Positions 48,401 through 60,000 of a DNA stretch of 64,000 nt are shown piece after piece. Origin of the DNA: Macrostomum lignano (lineage: Eukaryota); NCBI GenBank assembly GCA_002269645.1, contig NIVC01003224.1, forward strand, positions 1 to 64,000. Direction: 5' to 3'. Under the pieces are notes generated by a model. That model was not told the DNA's origin and ran no database searches. It worked only from the letters and a program-made list of their open reading frames with translations. Within the stretch, counting starts at the first letter, position 1. The number at the start of each line of letters is the position of its first letter. A program made the position numbers and the translations under genes.

Positions 48401-49254
48401 AATAGGGAATTGCCCAATAGTGCCACAATAATTCACCCAATAATAAAATGCAGAGAAAAATGTTCTTTTGTTTATATTACTTTTTTCTTCAGGTAACTTC
48501 CCGAGTTCCCGAGTCTTAAAATTTTGATTATGTATGCACCATAGAGGTACTGCACGCGCATTGCGTGCTATAGACATTCATCTTCTATGCCTTATCAGAT
48601 CTTGACTAATCTTGTATCTTCTTGGAAGATATGGCCTCAAAAACTTGCATGATCCTGTGTCATCTTAGCAGATCTGGCCCGAAGATCTTGCATGATCTGT
48701 TCAGAAGATCTGGTAAGAATTGACTATGTATTTCAATGGCGAAGATCTGCTGAGCTCTTGCAAGAACTTAGGGCGCAGTTCAAGTCAGATCTTGTAAGAA
48801 ACCCCAAGCCAATGTCATCTAGGGCCTGTTTTTAATGTTTTTATTTTTTTAAATTAGGCCCTATATCTAGCTTTCATAGGAATGATAACAAATATGTTGA
48901 ACTATAAATATAATACAGTGAAAACTAGCCTAGGCCTATGTTATCTTTGATACTACAACATAAAACTAAGGCTAAAAAGGCAATTACTTATTGTTATTTA
49001 TAATTTCATTATCAGCTTTTATTTACCATTGGCATTTGAATTTATCAATACAAAGTCAATATCAAATAAAAAACCTAAAATAATAAACTTTCAAAATATC
49101 ATTGGAGTCTCTTCATAACATAACCCTTCAATAGAGTCTAGGTCCAGCTTTACTATAAATTATAATTTCTAATTTAATCTACATGCAGTGTGCGCAGTAT
49201 GAAAGGCCTACCTTCTGAGTATTTAGGCTTCCCAATTCCCGCCTTCGGTGGCAT
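36429..49254 (-). CDS. MRG15: Mortality factor 4-like 1 / MRG15 (chromo-barrel plus MRG domain), 370 aa; exons 49254-49212, 39945-39899, 39819-39752, 38873-38327, 37885-37563, 36513-36429
   Basis: MPPKAGIGKPKYSE|GEKILCFHGPLLYEAK|CLSVDVKDGHIKYFVHYQGWNKN|WDEWV..; LKLWLADDADLV; YFNTVLNSQLLY..YGCMHLLRLFVRLG. Exon lengths 43+47+68+547+323+85 = 1113 nt, in frame, with GT-AG ends. Confidence 0.95.
36656..36935 (+). mobile_element. CORE-like SINE copy 6 (full length, antisense in MRG15 intron 5)
   Basis: GGGGTTGCAGCCTAATGGTCAGAGCG..GGTTCGATTCCCG..CORE-like..tail. Confidence 0.92.
37905..38305. repeat. Compound tandem repeat (43-bp units, then 34-bp GCAGATTCAGACGGCAGATTGAATGCTGAGAGTG units), MRG15 intron 4
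   Basis: Directly visible. Confidence 0.9.
39040..39645. repeat. 30-bp minisatellite (GGGGGAATTGCTGAGATGTCAAGGCTTACT)n, MRG15 intron 3
   Basis: Directly visible; about 20 units. Confidence 0.96.
40205..40330. repeat. Dispersed repeat (GGGTCCATGT..GCCATAAGCAAAACTATGGCTTATTC..), paralog at about 41596-41700
   Basis: Two similar copies about 1.4 kb apart. Confidence 0.75.
41288..41548 (-). mobile_element. hAT-type MITE family A, copy 2 (28S-like fragment at 41394-41457), MRG15 intron 1
   Basis: TIRs CATACATGTGCAA / TTGCGCATGTATG; 8-bp TSD TTCAATGT at 41280-41287 and 41549-41556; lacks about 38 bp present in copy 1. Confidence 0.92.
42144..42639. mobile_element. hAT-type MITE family C
   Basis: Imperfect 18-bp TIRs CCATAGTCCGGATCATGT / ACATGATCTGGAGTGTGG; 8-bp TSD CCTTATAC at 42136-42143 and 42640-42647. 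Confidence 0.82.
44554..45007. mobile_element. Nested MITE with TIRs containing GACCAAGACTGCCA..AAGACTGCCA
   Basis: About 30-bp imperfect inverted ends; related end fragment at about 40790; TSD ambiguous (CCAAAAA-like). Confidence 0.55.
46400..46897 (+). pseudogene. Frameshifted ORF remnant, probably the C-terminus of the EnSpm-like transposase
   Basis: Protein-like fragments (KYFKQKS..EFFLQWNAGVPYL; GVIKSI..KCLLVADDNQVYLVPILSCCEHN*) inside the TIR-bounded element; family assignment is inference. Confidence 0.4.
47455..47565. repeat. 17-bp tandem repeat (CCCAGCTGCCTTCGGTG), about 6 units
   Basis: Directly visible. Confidence 0.92.
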
Positions 49255-50639
49255 TCTTTATAATTTCTTTAATTTAATTAATAGAAAAGAAGATTAGATA
49301 GATCAGTTAGAGAGTGGTAAAACTTTCTGTTGTGTTCACGCTGATTAGTAGCAAAAGCTGGCTGTCAGAACTACCTATATCTACTTTAAAGACTGACGAA
49401 TGTAGCAGTGCGACAATCAGTTATTATCATAGATTCATGTAGTTCATTTTTTTTTCGATTCGTACTATTCGATCAACTGAAAGGCATATTAAAAAAGTGG
49501 ACTAGATTTTATTAACAAAAAACAAAATATTTTTTTTTCGCCTGCTAATACAAACTTTCCTTTACATTCGCTACGCCTACTTTGCTTTTTTTATCAAGAA
49601 ATTAACATACCGCTATTTATAACCTTTTAATTTTTTTAAACTGACGACTTTCGTAGAGTAAACCCGTAAGAATACGATCCACACGTTGCTAAATGTACTT
49701 TTATGTAATTAAAAACAGTGTACCAATTCGGCGCATAAATTATAGTAGTAATGAGAAGGCCGGTTGAAGTGAAAGATTCATTGATGCGCTCCTGTAATTG
49801 TTAAGAGCACTGGAGGAAATTGCAATATGATCGATATACGATCAAAATGTGTATAAGAACTGGAAAGTGCAGCTTACATCGCAGCAGAAAAACGGCGGCC
49901 TCCTCTTGTCTCGGCCGGGGCTATTCAGTCAGACCAGCTCTACACTAAATACAGATACGAACAGATAACAAAGCTGGAGGTTTGAGGGCCAAGCCAGAAG
50001 GCGTGACAGTTGACTCGCTGTACAAACGCAATTAATTGGTGGGGGTGGGTGCAGATTATATGTTGCCTAACAACAGCACAGAGAAAAACTGCTTGAGCGA
50101 TAAAGTTCCATGCCCCGCTCAAACTATGCATTGCTCTGCTTTTTGTAAACTAAAATAACAGCTGTGCTTGTTTGACTATTAAAGTACATGCACATGTAAT
50201 ATGTACAAGTTATACATGCATGTATTGTCTTGAATAATTTTGCGGTATACAGCAGAGAATCCTAGTAGGAGATGTGTGGGCCTCGATCACACTCATAATA
50301 AGTTTTTTTGGAGGCCAGTGTGTTAGAAAGTCTTTTTGGCATGTGAGCAGAAGATATAACAGGAAAAAACCTAGCTGTCATACAAAAACCTACATATTTA
50401 TATGATTTACGCGGTGCATAGCCATGCCAGCAGCTGCGGCAGAACTGCTTAAATGGCGATCGTGATCGCGTATTGGCTGGAGTCATTTAATGCACGAGAA
50501 GTATATATCGTGTTACAATTTCATGGATGAAGGAATTGTTCAAGGCGCACTCGTGACCTAGACATTTAGGCACTCTATACGTTGGGGAGCCAAAGAAATG
50601 CAATATACGTTTTTTTAATAAGCTACATGTATCCTTGAA

Positions 50640-51560
50640 ATCTCAAAAAATCTCCTGTCAAACATTGTAAGCCTTGACATGTCAGTAATTCCCCCCACAA
50701 GCTTTAACATATCAACTTCCCCCCTTGACATCTCAGCAATGCCCCCAATAAGCCTTGGAAATCTAAAAATATCTGTCAACCTTCTAACCCTAACCCTAAC
50801 CCTAACCCTAACCCTAACCCTAACTCTAACCCTAACCGTAACCTAACCCTAAAGCATTGAAATTTCAGTAATTCTCTCTAAGAGTCATTATAGCACTACT
50901 ACAGCATTATAGCGATTCCCTGCAAGCCTCGACATCGTAGGGATTCCCAAATGAATCTCTTAACTTCGACATGAAGCTTCTTTTATTTTTTACATTACGC
51001 TTTTTTATCAGCGATCCCTCCCCTGAGGAGGCATCAAATAATGTAATTAAAAAGTTTTCAATAAACTACATGTAGCTTCTGGCTTTAGCCTTGAAATTTC
51101 ATTTATACCCCCGTGAGCCTTGACATCTCAGCTATTCCCCCCGTAAGCCTTGACATGTCAGCGATGGCCCCCATAAACCTTGAAATCTAAAAAATCCCCT
51201 GTTAACCTTGAAACCCGATAAAATCTAACCCTCAACCCACACCTGACCTAAAACCTAACTTTAACCGAACCTAAAGCCTTGAAATCTAAGAAATTCTTCT
51301 CCCCTAAGCCTTGAAATTTTAGTGATTCCTTCTTTAAGAATCACAGCACTATAACGATTTCCACCAAGCTTTGACATCGTAGCCATTCCCAAATGAATCT
51401 TTTAACTCCGACATGACTTTTCTTTTATGTATACTTAGTGCTACTTTTATTTTTTACATGACTCTTCTTCTATCAGCGCCCCCCCCGTGGCGAGCCAACA
51501 AAGAATGCAATAAAAAAATTGAGTAAAGTACATGAACTTTGAAGTAGCTTCTGACTTTTG
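50640..51560. repeat. Diverged tandem duplication (about 430-bp units) containing 30-mer-like motifs and a telomere-type tract
   Basis: AAGCCTTG(G)AAATCTAAAAA at about 50753 and 51177; GACATCGTAG..ATTCCCAAATGAATCT at about 50930 and 51375. Confidence 0.8.
50784..50852 (-). repeat. Interstitial telomere-type (TTAGGG)n tract, about 11 units
   Basis: Six perfect TAACCC units, then TAACTC, TAACCC, TAACCG, TAACC, TAACCC on the plus strand. Confidence 0.92.
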
Positions 51561-51769
51561 CTTTGACATCTCAGAAACCCCCCCCCCGTAATCTCAGTTA
51601 TTCTCTGAGAGCCTTTACGTCTCAGTTTTTCACCCCAGCACAGCATTATAGTTGCATTTAATTTTTACATGACACCCTTCATGTCTGACATGACGCTTCT
51701 TTTATTCTACCATGATGCTTCTTAATTTTTTAAATGACACTTTCATTAGTTTTTAAATTAGGCTTCTAT

Positions 51770-52115
51770 GATTTTTTCATGACGCTTCTAAGACTTTTAC
51801 ATGATGCTTCTATGATTTTTTCATGACGCTTCTAAGATTTTTACATGATGCTTCTATGATTTTTTATATGACGCTTCTATGATTGTTTATATGACGCTTC
51901 TATGCTTTTTACATGACGCTTCTATGATTTTTTTTACATGACGCTTCCATGATTGTTTACATGACGCTTCTATGATTTTTTACATGACGCTTCTATGATT
52001 TTCACATGACGCTTCTATGATTTTTTACATGACGCTTCTATGATTTTTTACGTGACGCTTCTATGATTGTTTACATGACGCTTCCATGATTTTTTTCATG
52101 ACGCTTTTATGATTT
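51770..52115. repeat. About 22-23-bp minisatellite (ACATGACGCTTCTATGATTTTTT)n
   Basis: Directly visible. Confidence 0.93.
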
Positions 52116-53419
52116 TTTAGTTTTCTTGTCGTTAAAAAACTTTAATTAAAAAAACTCCACTCTCTAAAAATTCGAACCATCGTCGCTGCATATGGCAGTT
52201 CAGTCTGTTCACCTCTAGGCTAGCTCTCATCGTTTTAATAACACGAAATTTAGCACTTATATATAATTCAACACTTTAAAACCCAAGCATAGAGTATAAA
52301 TCACACAAAGCAGTTATGACATAATCAATTTCTCAGTCAGTCAGTATCAGTTAACAATATGGTTACGCAATCTAAATCAAGTCTGGTGCTACGCTTCCAC
52401 ACTGCATTTTCAATACTGTGACGCAATTCAAGTCGGAGTTACAATTCAGTTATGATGCAATCTATTTCAGAATCAGAATTCAACCAGTCAGTCTTTTCTC
52501 TAGCATTCTTACAATGCATTTTAAGTCGAAAAGTTTGCTTGACCTTTGCAAAAAAGCATGTTTTTCGAATATTTAATCGCTTTAACATGGAGCAATTTCT
52601 TAGCCAAGATGCATGTACCTTCACGGGAAAATTTCTGATCGAACAGTGCAAGTCTCATGAAAATCGGTTAAGCCATTTTTTCTCTAATCGATTACAAGCA
52701 AGCAAGCAAGCAAGATTTTCATTTTTAGTATATAGGATACAACTATTGAATCCTATATTTAAAGAACCGGCCGGCCGATTCATTCTGTGTATAAGCCATT
52801 CTCTATCTCTGTACAGCAACCCGACGTCGGCGACGCAATGCAATGTATTATACTTTTACATTTGATGAGGACGCACCTTTTTTCAATCTTAGAACCGCAC
52901 ATTTTGCTTCGATGCGCTTTTCCCCTACTGTCAGTAGGCTAGCTTAGGAATTTCTCTCCATTCTCTCATCTAGGCTAAGTTCTATATTATTTTATGCCAT
53001 TATTAGTTATGTTAGAAACTCAATGTACTTCTCTTAGAATTCTAATTTTGGATTGTTTACGCACATTTGAAGGTCAGACTGTCTGGGTTTGAGATGGATT
53101 GACCTCCAACAGTCTATCTAGACAGGCGACACTAAGTCTGGGAGGAACGTTTTCCACCTCGTTCTGACCCCCAGATTTGTTGCTTTTTTTCTGTTTTCAG
53201 TGATTTATGGCCGTCTAGCTGTCACTTTTGGCTCCAGCCTGTCTGGGTCAAAGAGGTCTTTCCAGCTTTCTCCTTTGATTTATGGGCGTTTTGCTGTCAC
53301 TTTTGGCGCCAGGATGTCTAGACAAGTGACTTTTATTATGTTTTGCTTATGATTTATGACCGCACCTGTCAACTTCCCTGGGGTCTGAAGGCCACATGGT
53401 GGGGTAGGTTTTGGGGTCT

Positions 53420-53560
53420 TGAGCTCAGCCAATCAGAGTCGACCTGACTGCCCCCGGCTCGACTAATCAGAAAATTTGGCGCCTATTTTAACAAAAGCTC
53501 TCAGCCAATCGGAAAATTCGGCGTGCGTTATAACAAATCGGCCGCGTGAGAGCTATAAAA
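53420..53560 (+). promoter_or_regulatory. Pol II promoter-like cluster (CCAAT at 53429 and 53505, TATAAAA at 53554) in a GC-rich, LTR-like island
   Basis: Motif order and spacing CCAAT-CCAAT-TATA; upstream direct repeats TGATTTATG..GCTGTCACTTTTGG. No associated CDS found. Confidence 0.45.
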
Positions 53561-55530
53561 GGCGGCAACTCGACCCGCGCTCGAGTAACCCCACCCCCGC
53601 TCCTGCTGCTTCCCCGACCCTTCGGGTGTTTCCGGACTTGCTGGTATCTTGTTCCGGCTGCCCCTTCGGCATCTGAGCCCCCTTCCCCCGGCAGTTTCGG
53701 CTTCAACAGCCAAGTTCCCCCTGAGAAGCATCATCAATATTGGCTACCGGCAGATAGGTCCTCTGACTGGCTTGGTGAGAGGCTTTCTTGACCTGCTTAA
53801 CTGTGTGCACCCTTTGTCTGATCCCTTCCTAGGTAGTCTGATAGGATTTGCACTTTTGCTTACTTGCTTTTGTGTGCCAATCTCGAGGCAGAAGTGTCAG
53901 TTAATATTAAAATTAGCCATTTGCTCTAACTCAATCTAAAGTGTTTAGGATTGCGGATTAAGTGAGAAAGTTACTCGTAAATCTGGAAGTTAAAGACTTA
54001 GTGTTTTCTTTCTTTTTCGCAATGCCAGCTGAGATGAGCGGCTAAATCTAGAGGCAGAGGTCACAGTGGACCGGAAGCGACACAGTTCCCAGTCAATCAG
54101 TCGATCTAAGAGATCATTATGTTAAGCATGCAAATTAAGTGCCAGACTGGCGCTTTGGCGCGGTCACAGGCAGTCAAGCGGCTAAAGTAAGTTAAGTATT
54201 TGTCTAACGATCTTCGAAAGTGACAATGCATCTACATCATCGCTATCTGTCGACGTGTTAACACATTTAGTGCCAAAAGCGTGCAGTTACGTGTACTTAT
54301 ACATGTACTTCTGGGAATTTGGTAATGAAATAGTACATTTAGTAGAGTATGAAGGCTCGCCAGCGCAAGAACCCCCTGCAAAAGTCCTCTCTGTCCCTAC
54401 ATGGCCAATGCGATCTTAGTCCCAGCAGCGTCCCTTCTATTCGGCTATGACTTCGAGATTAGACAGCTAAAAGACACTAGATGGCAGGTAAGTGCAGTGC
54501 CCCTCTAGTCGGAAGTCCGATTTCGACAGCTCCGGTTTGGTGAGCCGGGGCGCACGGACTGGTGGCAGCGGGTTAGTTATTAATCTGCGGATTAGCTATC
54601 TTTACCTTTCAAATTCTCCCTGCTTGTCTCTCGCTGTCTTCTCTTAGCTATAGGACCTTGCTGCTCGCCCACAATCTAGCTACCATGGGGCTGACCATCT
54701 GACAGGAGTGAGAGGCCAGAGTTCTAAGTGATTCATTTCTGAATTCTGAGGCCCGAAGCTATAGGCTTAAAAAAGGCCGAACCTTTGTCGATGTTATTAT
54801 ATACATGTACATGCAAGATCGAGTACATGCATGCATATTTGCCAGCAACGTGGAAACTTCGGGCATGTTTAAATTACATTTAGCACACACACACATAAGC
54901 CACCATCGTGTCTATATATTTCATGCTCTAATACATGATCTAATAGGTACATGTAACAAATGTACGTCGTATTCTTTCCGCGTTTATGCACAAGAAAAAA
55001 GTATTGTTGGTTCTTAACAATTATCTCGGCACTTATATAGTTGGACTGAAAAGTTATTCCCGCCGGACATTCGATATCCAACACAGCTAGCTAATAAAAT
55101 TTTAACTGCAAAGACCTCATATAGCAACCAAAACATTTCCCAAGCAGGACAAAAGCTTCCATGAAAAAATACTCGATAAACTTAGTCATTATAATGATTA
55201 TATGGCTTCCTTTACATATGTGGCTTTTTAGCTGTCGGTTTCCATTGGCACTTCAAAATATTGAAAGTGTTTAAAAGCATAAAACTTGACAACCACCCAT
55301 GTGAATAAGCTAAGTGAATACACTTGGTGAATTGTGTAAGCTTACTAGAGTAGCTATGTCGAAATTCTAAACGAAAACTAGTAGCTTGCCATTTTGAATT
55401 CGGCATTCTTTTCCCTCTTACTTTATTCTCAACAGGATTTTATAGCCACCGATCTTTACAAACGAAGAACTGAAAAACTTAGTAATTAGCGAATTGTGGA
55501 TTTAAAAAATCAATATTTCCCACACTCACT

Positions 55531-55794
55531 GGGCCTTTTCATATTACCAATTCCAGAACCAGAATCGGTTCGTCGGAATTCCAAGAAAAACAGCAGTATA
55601 AGTATTAAACTCTGTTAATATTTGACTGCCTTAACAGCCTCACTTTGCACGATTTTTCACTTTCTTCTTGGCGATTGTCATTCAATAATAAAAACTTCAT
55701 AGCACGTATCTCCCTCTAGTTATGGAGACAAAAAGTTATACTTCACAAATTGGTTCTGGTTCTGGAACCAGAGCAAGCAATTATGAAAAGGCCC
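55531..55794. mobile_element. PIF/Harbinger-like MITE
   Basis: TIRs GGGCCTTTTCATA / TATGAAAAGGCCC, flanking ACT duplication (match extends to ACTCACT), subterminal CCAGAACCA / TGGTTCTGG. Confidence 0.7.
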
Positions 55795-56112
55795 ACTCAC
55801 TCACTAATTTAATCGCAAGATTTTGCGCGATCTCACATGTTTTATAATGCAGCATAATATTATGGGTATTTTGTTGTACTTTTTATTTGCAACTCAGTTT
55901 GTCATAAATTACCATAGACTAATTTCCTTTTACAGTTCTTTCTCGCAGTTTAGTTTCTCGCCCCAAGCCCTCTCGTCTTTAACTCATAAAATATATATGC
56001 AATTCAAATCTAAGTTAAGTTGTAGTTTCACTACAAATTGGTCCGGTGGGCGGCGAAAGATATTACTCTTTACTCACATAACTCATACTCAATACTCACG
56101 AAGACAAATCCA

Positions 56113-57018
56113 ATGACGGACAGTGCAAGCAACAATTCCGCTCCTACACCGCCTACAACCACGCAAGCCGCACCAAGTTCGGCCGCACCAGTGGTTACAC
56201 ATGCAGTAGGAAACGCCGCCGACACCGCTTCAGTCTCCCTGGCCCACCTGAAGCTGCCAATCTTCTATCGCAACAACCCGGAAGCATGGTTTCTCACGCT
56301 GGAGGCCCAGTTTATGCTCAACAGGGTGACCAACGAGACCGCCAAATTTTACCACCTAGTCTCTCATCTACCGGAGGATATCGCGGCTCTGCACTTGTCC
56401 GCTCAGACTCCAAAACAGTATGAACAACTGAAAACAGCGATTACATCGACTCTGCAAAAGTCCAAGCAGGAGAAGGTTTCGGAAGTATTGCAAGTCTCGG
56501 ACCTCGGAGGAGACAAGCCATCAATCTTCATGCGCAAACTCCGGAGCAAGATGGAGCAGTGCCAGATACAGCCCGACGAGGAACTCCTCAAGGCCACTCT
56601 GATGCGCTGTCTTCCACAGGACCTTCGTATCGCACTGTCGGGATTTCAACAGCAGTCATCCCAGCAAATTTCCGAGATTGCTGACTCGATGTTGGTCGTC
56701 AGAGGCCTTAGCTCTCCATCGCCAGCGACAGTTTGTCCAATTCAGCAGGCCGGTGCAGATAGGACACCCCAACAGCGCTTTGAGCAAGCTCCACACCGAC
56801 AAGCACCTGGTAAGCCCACTGGAACAGACCCATTTAAGCCTGGCCAACGCCCCGTCGTTTGCCGCTCACACCTCTACTATGGCCGCCGTGCTCGGTCGTG
56901 TCGCCCGTGGTGCCAGTTTCCCAAGGACAGCTCGCGTCCGATCCGAGTGCTGCATCCCAATGAAAAAACGCCATCTCAGTCGCGTTCATCATCACCTTCT
57001 CGACAGCCGGAAAACTAA
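56113..57018 (+). CDS. gag: Gag with CHCC zinc motif
   Basis: [23 protein letters not shown]-terminal motif; C-x2-H-x9-C-x3-C ([18 protein letters not shown]). Confidence 0.92.
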   Translation: MTDSASNNSAPTPPTTTQAAPSSAAPVVTHAVGNAADTASVSLAHLKLPIFYRNNPEAWFLTLEAQFMLNRVTNETAKFYHLVSHLPEDIAALHLSAQTPKQYEQLKTAITSTLQKSKQEKVSEVLQVSDLGGDKPSIFMRKLRSKMEQCQIQPDEELLKATLMRCLPQDLRIALSGFQQQSSQQISEIADSMLVVRGLSSPSPATVCPIQQAGADRTPQQRFEQAPHRQAPGKPTGTDPFKPGQRPVVCRSHLYYGRRARSCRPWCQFPKDSSRPIRVLHPNEKTPSQSRSSSPSRQPEN

Positions 57019-60000
57019 GTCGCACTGCGACCGAGGTCGCGGTGCGCAGTGCCGAGATACCATCGACCACCTGTTTGGAGTTAGATGTTAAAATCAACAA
57101 TACCTACAGCAAGTTTCTTGTGGATACCGGAGCCTCGGTTTCCATTGTTCCACCTCACCTCGTTAATGCACTCGTTCAAGATACAAACGTTCGTTTAATT
57201 ACTGCTACCGGAGCCGCCATACCAGTTCGCGGGTCGGTCCTACTGGATGTCTCAATCCGCGGTTTGCGTCGCGCCTTCCAATGGACCTTCCTCGTGGCGT
57301 CAGTGGTGAAACCCATCATTGGTTACGATTTCTTGGCTCACCATGGGTTAGTTGTCGATTGTCAGCGCAAACACGTTCGAGACTCAGAAACAGGACTGTC
57401 TACTGTTACCTTGTCAATTTCAAATGTTCATTGTGGCCCATTCACTGTGTCGGTAGAACTGCCACCCAACCTGGATTCTCGGACGAGTACGCTGTTGACA
57501 AAGTTTGCAGATTGTTTTTCTTTCGTTGAAGGCGGAGCCCTTCCGCCAGCTTCAGAGGTCAAGCATGACACTGTTCACCGGCTAGACACTGGCAGTGGAC
57601 AACCAATTCACTTGCGACCCCGGCAACTGCACCCTGCAAAACTACAGGCTGCAAAGCAGGAGTTTCAGCAGCTAATCGATGCTGGCTACCTCAGACCTTC
57701 CTCAAGCGCTTGGGCGTCACCCCTCCACATGGCACCCAAGGGAGCTGGCTGGCGTCCGTGCGGTGACTATCGCGAATTGAACAAACGAACAAAGCCGGAC
57801 AACTATCCGGTTCCACACATTCAAACCTTCACTCGGTACCTACACGGAAGCACTGTGTTTTCAAAGTTAGACCTTGTTCGCGCCTTTCATCAAATTCCAG
57901 TTGCCGAAGAGGATATTTGCAAAACCGCTATCACCACACCGTTTGGATTGTTCGAGTACACACGCATGCCCTTCGGCCTGAGGAATGCAGCACAAACATT
58001 TCAACGCTTCATTGACTCTGTTTTTCACGGACTGTCATTCGTCATCTCTTACATCGATGATGTCCTGATATTCTCAAAGACTCGTGAGGACCACTACTCA
58101 CATTTGGAACAAGTTTTGGACCGCCTAAGAACACACGGCCTACAGGTTCATTTGAAGAAGTGCGAATTCTTTCAGTCCGAGGTAGATTTCCTTGGCCATC
58201 GCGTGACTCCTGAAGGAATAAAACCTCTCCAGAAGAAGATCCAAATAATCACTGACTGGCCGACACCCACGGATTCGAACGCACTTCGGCGCTTCCTCGG
58301 TGTCGTCGGTTTCTACCGTCGATTCGTTCCCAACTTTGCCGACTGCATCTGTCCGCTGCAAGACCTACTCACTGCATCACTACAGTCAGCAGGAAACTTC
58401 CAATGGACAGAGCAGCATCAGAAATCTTTCGAAAACATCAAACTAGCTCTCTCAGAGAGACTACTGCTGCATCATCCGGACCCCAACTGTACTGCGTACC
58501 ACCTGTACACTGATGCATCAGCCGACTGTGTTGGTGCCGTTCTGCATCAAACCTCTTCAACCGGAACGTCACCTCTTGGCATGTTCAGCAAGAAGTTGTC
58601 GTCATCTCAAAGGATGTACAGCACGTTCGACCGAGAACTACTCGCGGCGTACCTGGCAGTGTTGCACTTCCGCAGCCTCATTGAAGGACTGAGCGTGACC
58701 TTGTTCACCGATCATAAACCACTAGCTCAGGCCTTCCACGCCAATCGCACCACTACGTCAGATCGCAATCAGCGCTACTTGACCGTCTTGTCCGAGTACG
58801 TGGCAGATGTCCAGTACATTCGCGGTGCAGACAACGTAATAGCTGATGCCCTTTCTCGACTGCCTGACTTCCCAGTGAATGATCACGTGTCCAACATCGC
58901 AACAGTCGCTGTAGTCGCTGCCCCATCAAGCCAATTCCCTGTTGATCTGCCTAGTATCGCTGAAGCACAACGACCGGAGTCGTTCTCAGCTGCACCAAAT
59001 ATTCGATCGTATTCTCTGGACAAAGACGTCGTCGTTTGGTGTGAGACGTCAACGCCGTATCCTCGCCCGATCATTCCGCCGTCCCTCCGTGACGCCGTGA
59101 TTGCCTCCTTCCATCGACTTGGTCATTTCGGCTACCGTAAAACAGCAAAACTCATCACAGAACGTTACTTTTGGCCCGGAATGCGCAAGTCCATCAAGAC
59201 CTACTGCTGGAACTGCCAGGACTGCCAACAGAGTAAAGTCACTCGCCACACTGTCTCCCCGCAACAGGCCTTCGCATTACCATCAAATCGCTTTGAGGCG
59301 GTACACATCGATATTGTGGGACCACTTCCACCAGCTAATGCTACCACCTTTGGCCACCAGTCTGCCCGCTACCTTCTCACGATGGTCGACCGCTCGACTG
59401 GCTGGCTAGAAGCTACACCACTGGAATCAATAACCGCGGAAGTAGTCGCCCATGCATTCGTCTCGTCTTGGGTCTCGCGCTACGGAGTGCCACTGTATGT
59501 AATCACTGATCGGGGGCGCCAGTTCGAATCAGAATTCTTTCACTCGGTCTCGTCATCAATTGGTTTTCATCGATTGCGCACAACGGCCTACCACCCTCAA
59601 ACCAATGGCAAGGTCGAGCGAGCTCATCGCACCCTGAAGACGATGCTACGTGCTCGAGGCAATGACTGGCTGACAGACCTACCTGTGGCTCTCCTCGCGA
59701 TGCACGTCGCACCTGACGACCAAGGAATATCACCGTTCACCAGGGTTACTGGCGAGCTTCCGATGGTTCCGCGCATCCTAACTTCTGAACCACTCGCCCC
59801 AACGGACATTCGGACACGGCTGCAGGAACTGCTGACAGAGTTACCGAGTCCACACGCGAAGACGCACGAACCACGGAGCTACGTACCCAAGGACCTGGAA
59901 ATGGCTGAATTCGTCTGGGTTCGGGTCGATCGCGTGCGGTCGCCGCTCGAGGCGCCGTACTCAGGGCCGTATCGCGTGAAACAGCGAACTGACAAATTCT

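Larger units (their letters stand above)
43322..48824. mobile_element. Degenerate 5.5-kb CMC/EnSpm (CACTA-like) DNA transposon in MRG15 intron 1
   Basis: 12-bp TIRs CCCTAGATGACA / TGTCATCTAGGG, 2-bp TSD CC, AGATCT-rich subterminal repeats at both ends, broken ORF remnant about 46400-46897; an empty-site paralog lies at about 41925-41960. Confidence 0.75.

Noticed and set aside
50784-50852. True chromosome end
   Set aside because: Short, degenerate, flanked by sequence on both sides and part of a duplicated module.
52150-52225. Degenerate tRNA-like A/B boxes on the minus strand
   Set aside because: Cannot be folded into a cloverleaf and does not match the SINE family; too weak to call.
52452-52865. 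137-aa ORF
   Set aside because: AT-rich with no recognisable motif or splice support.
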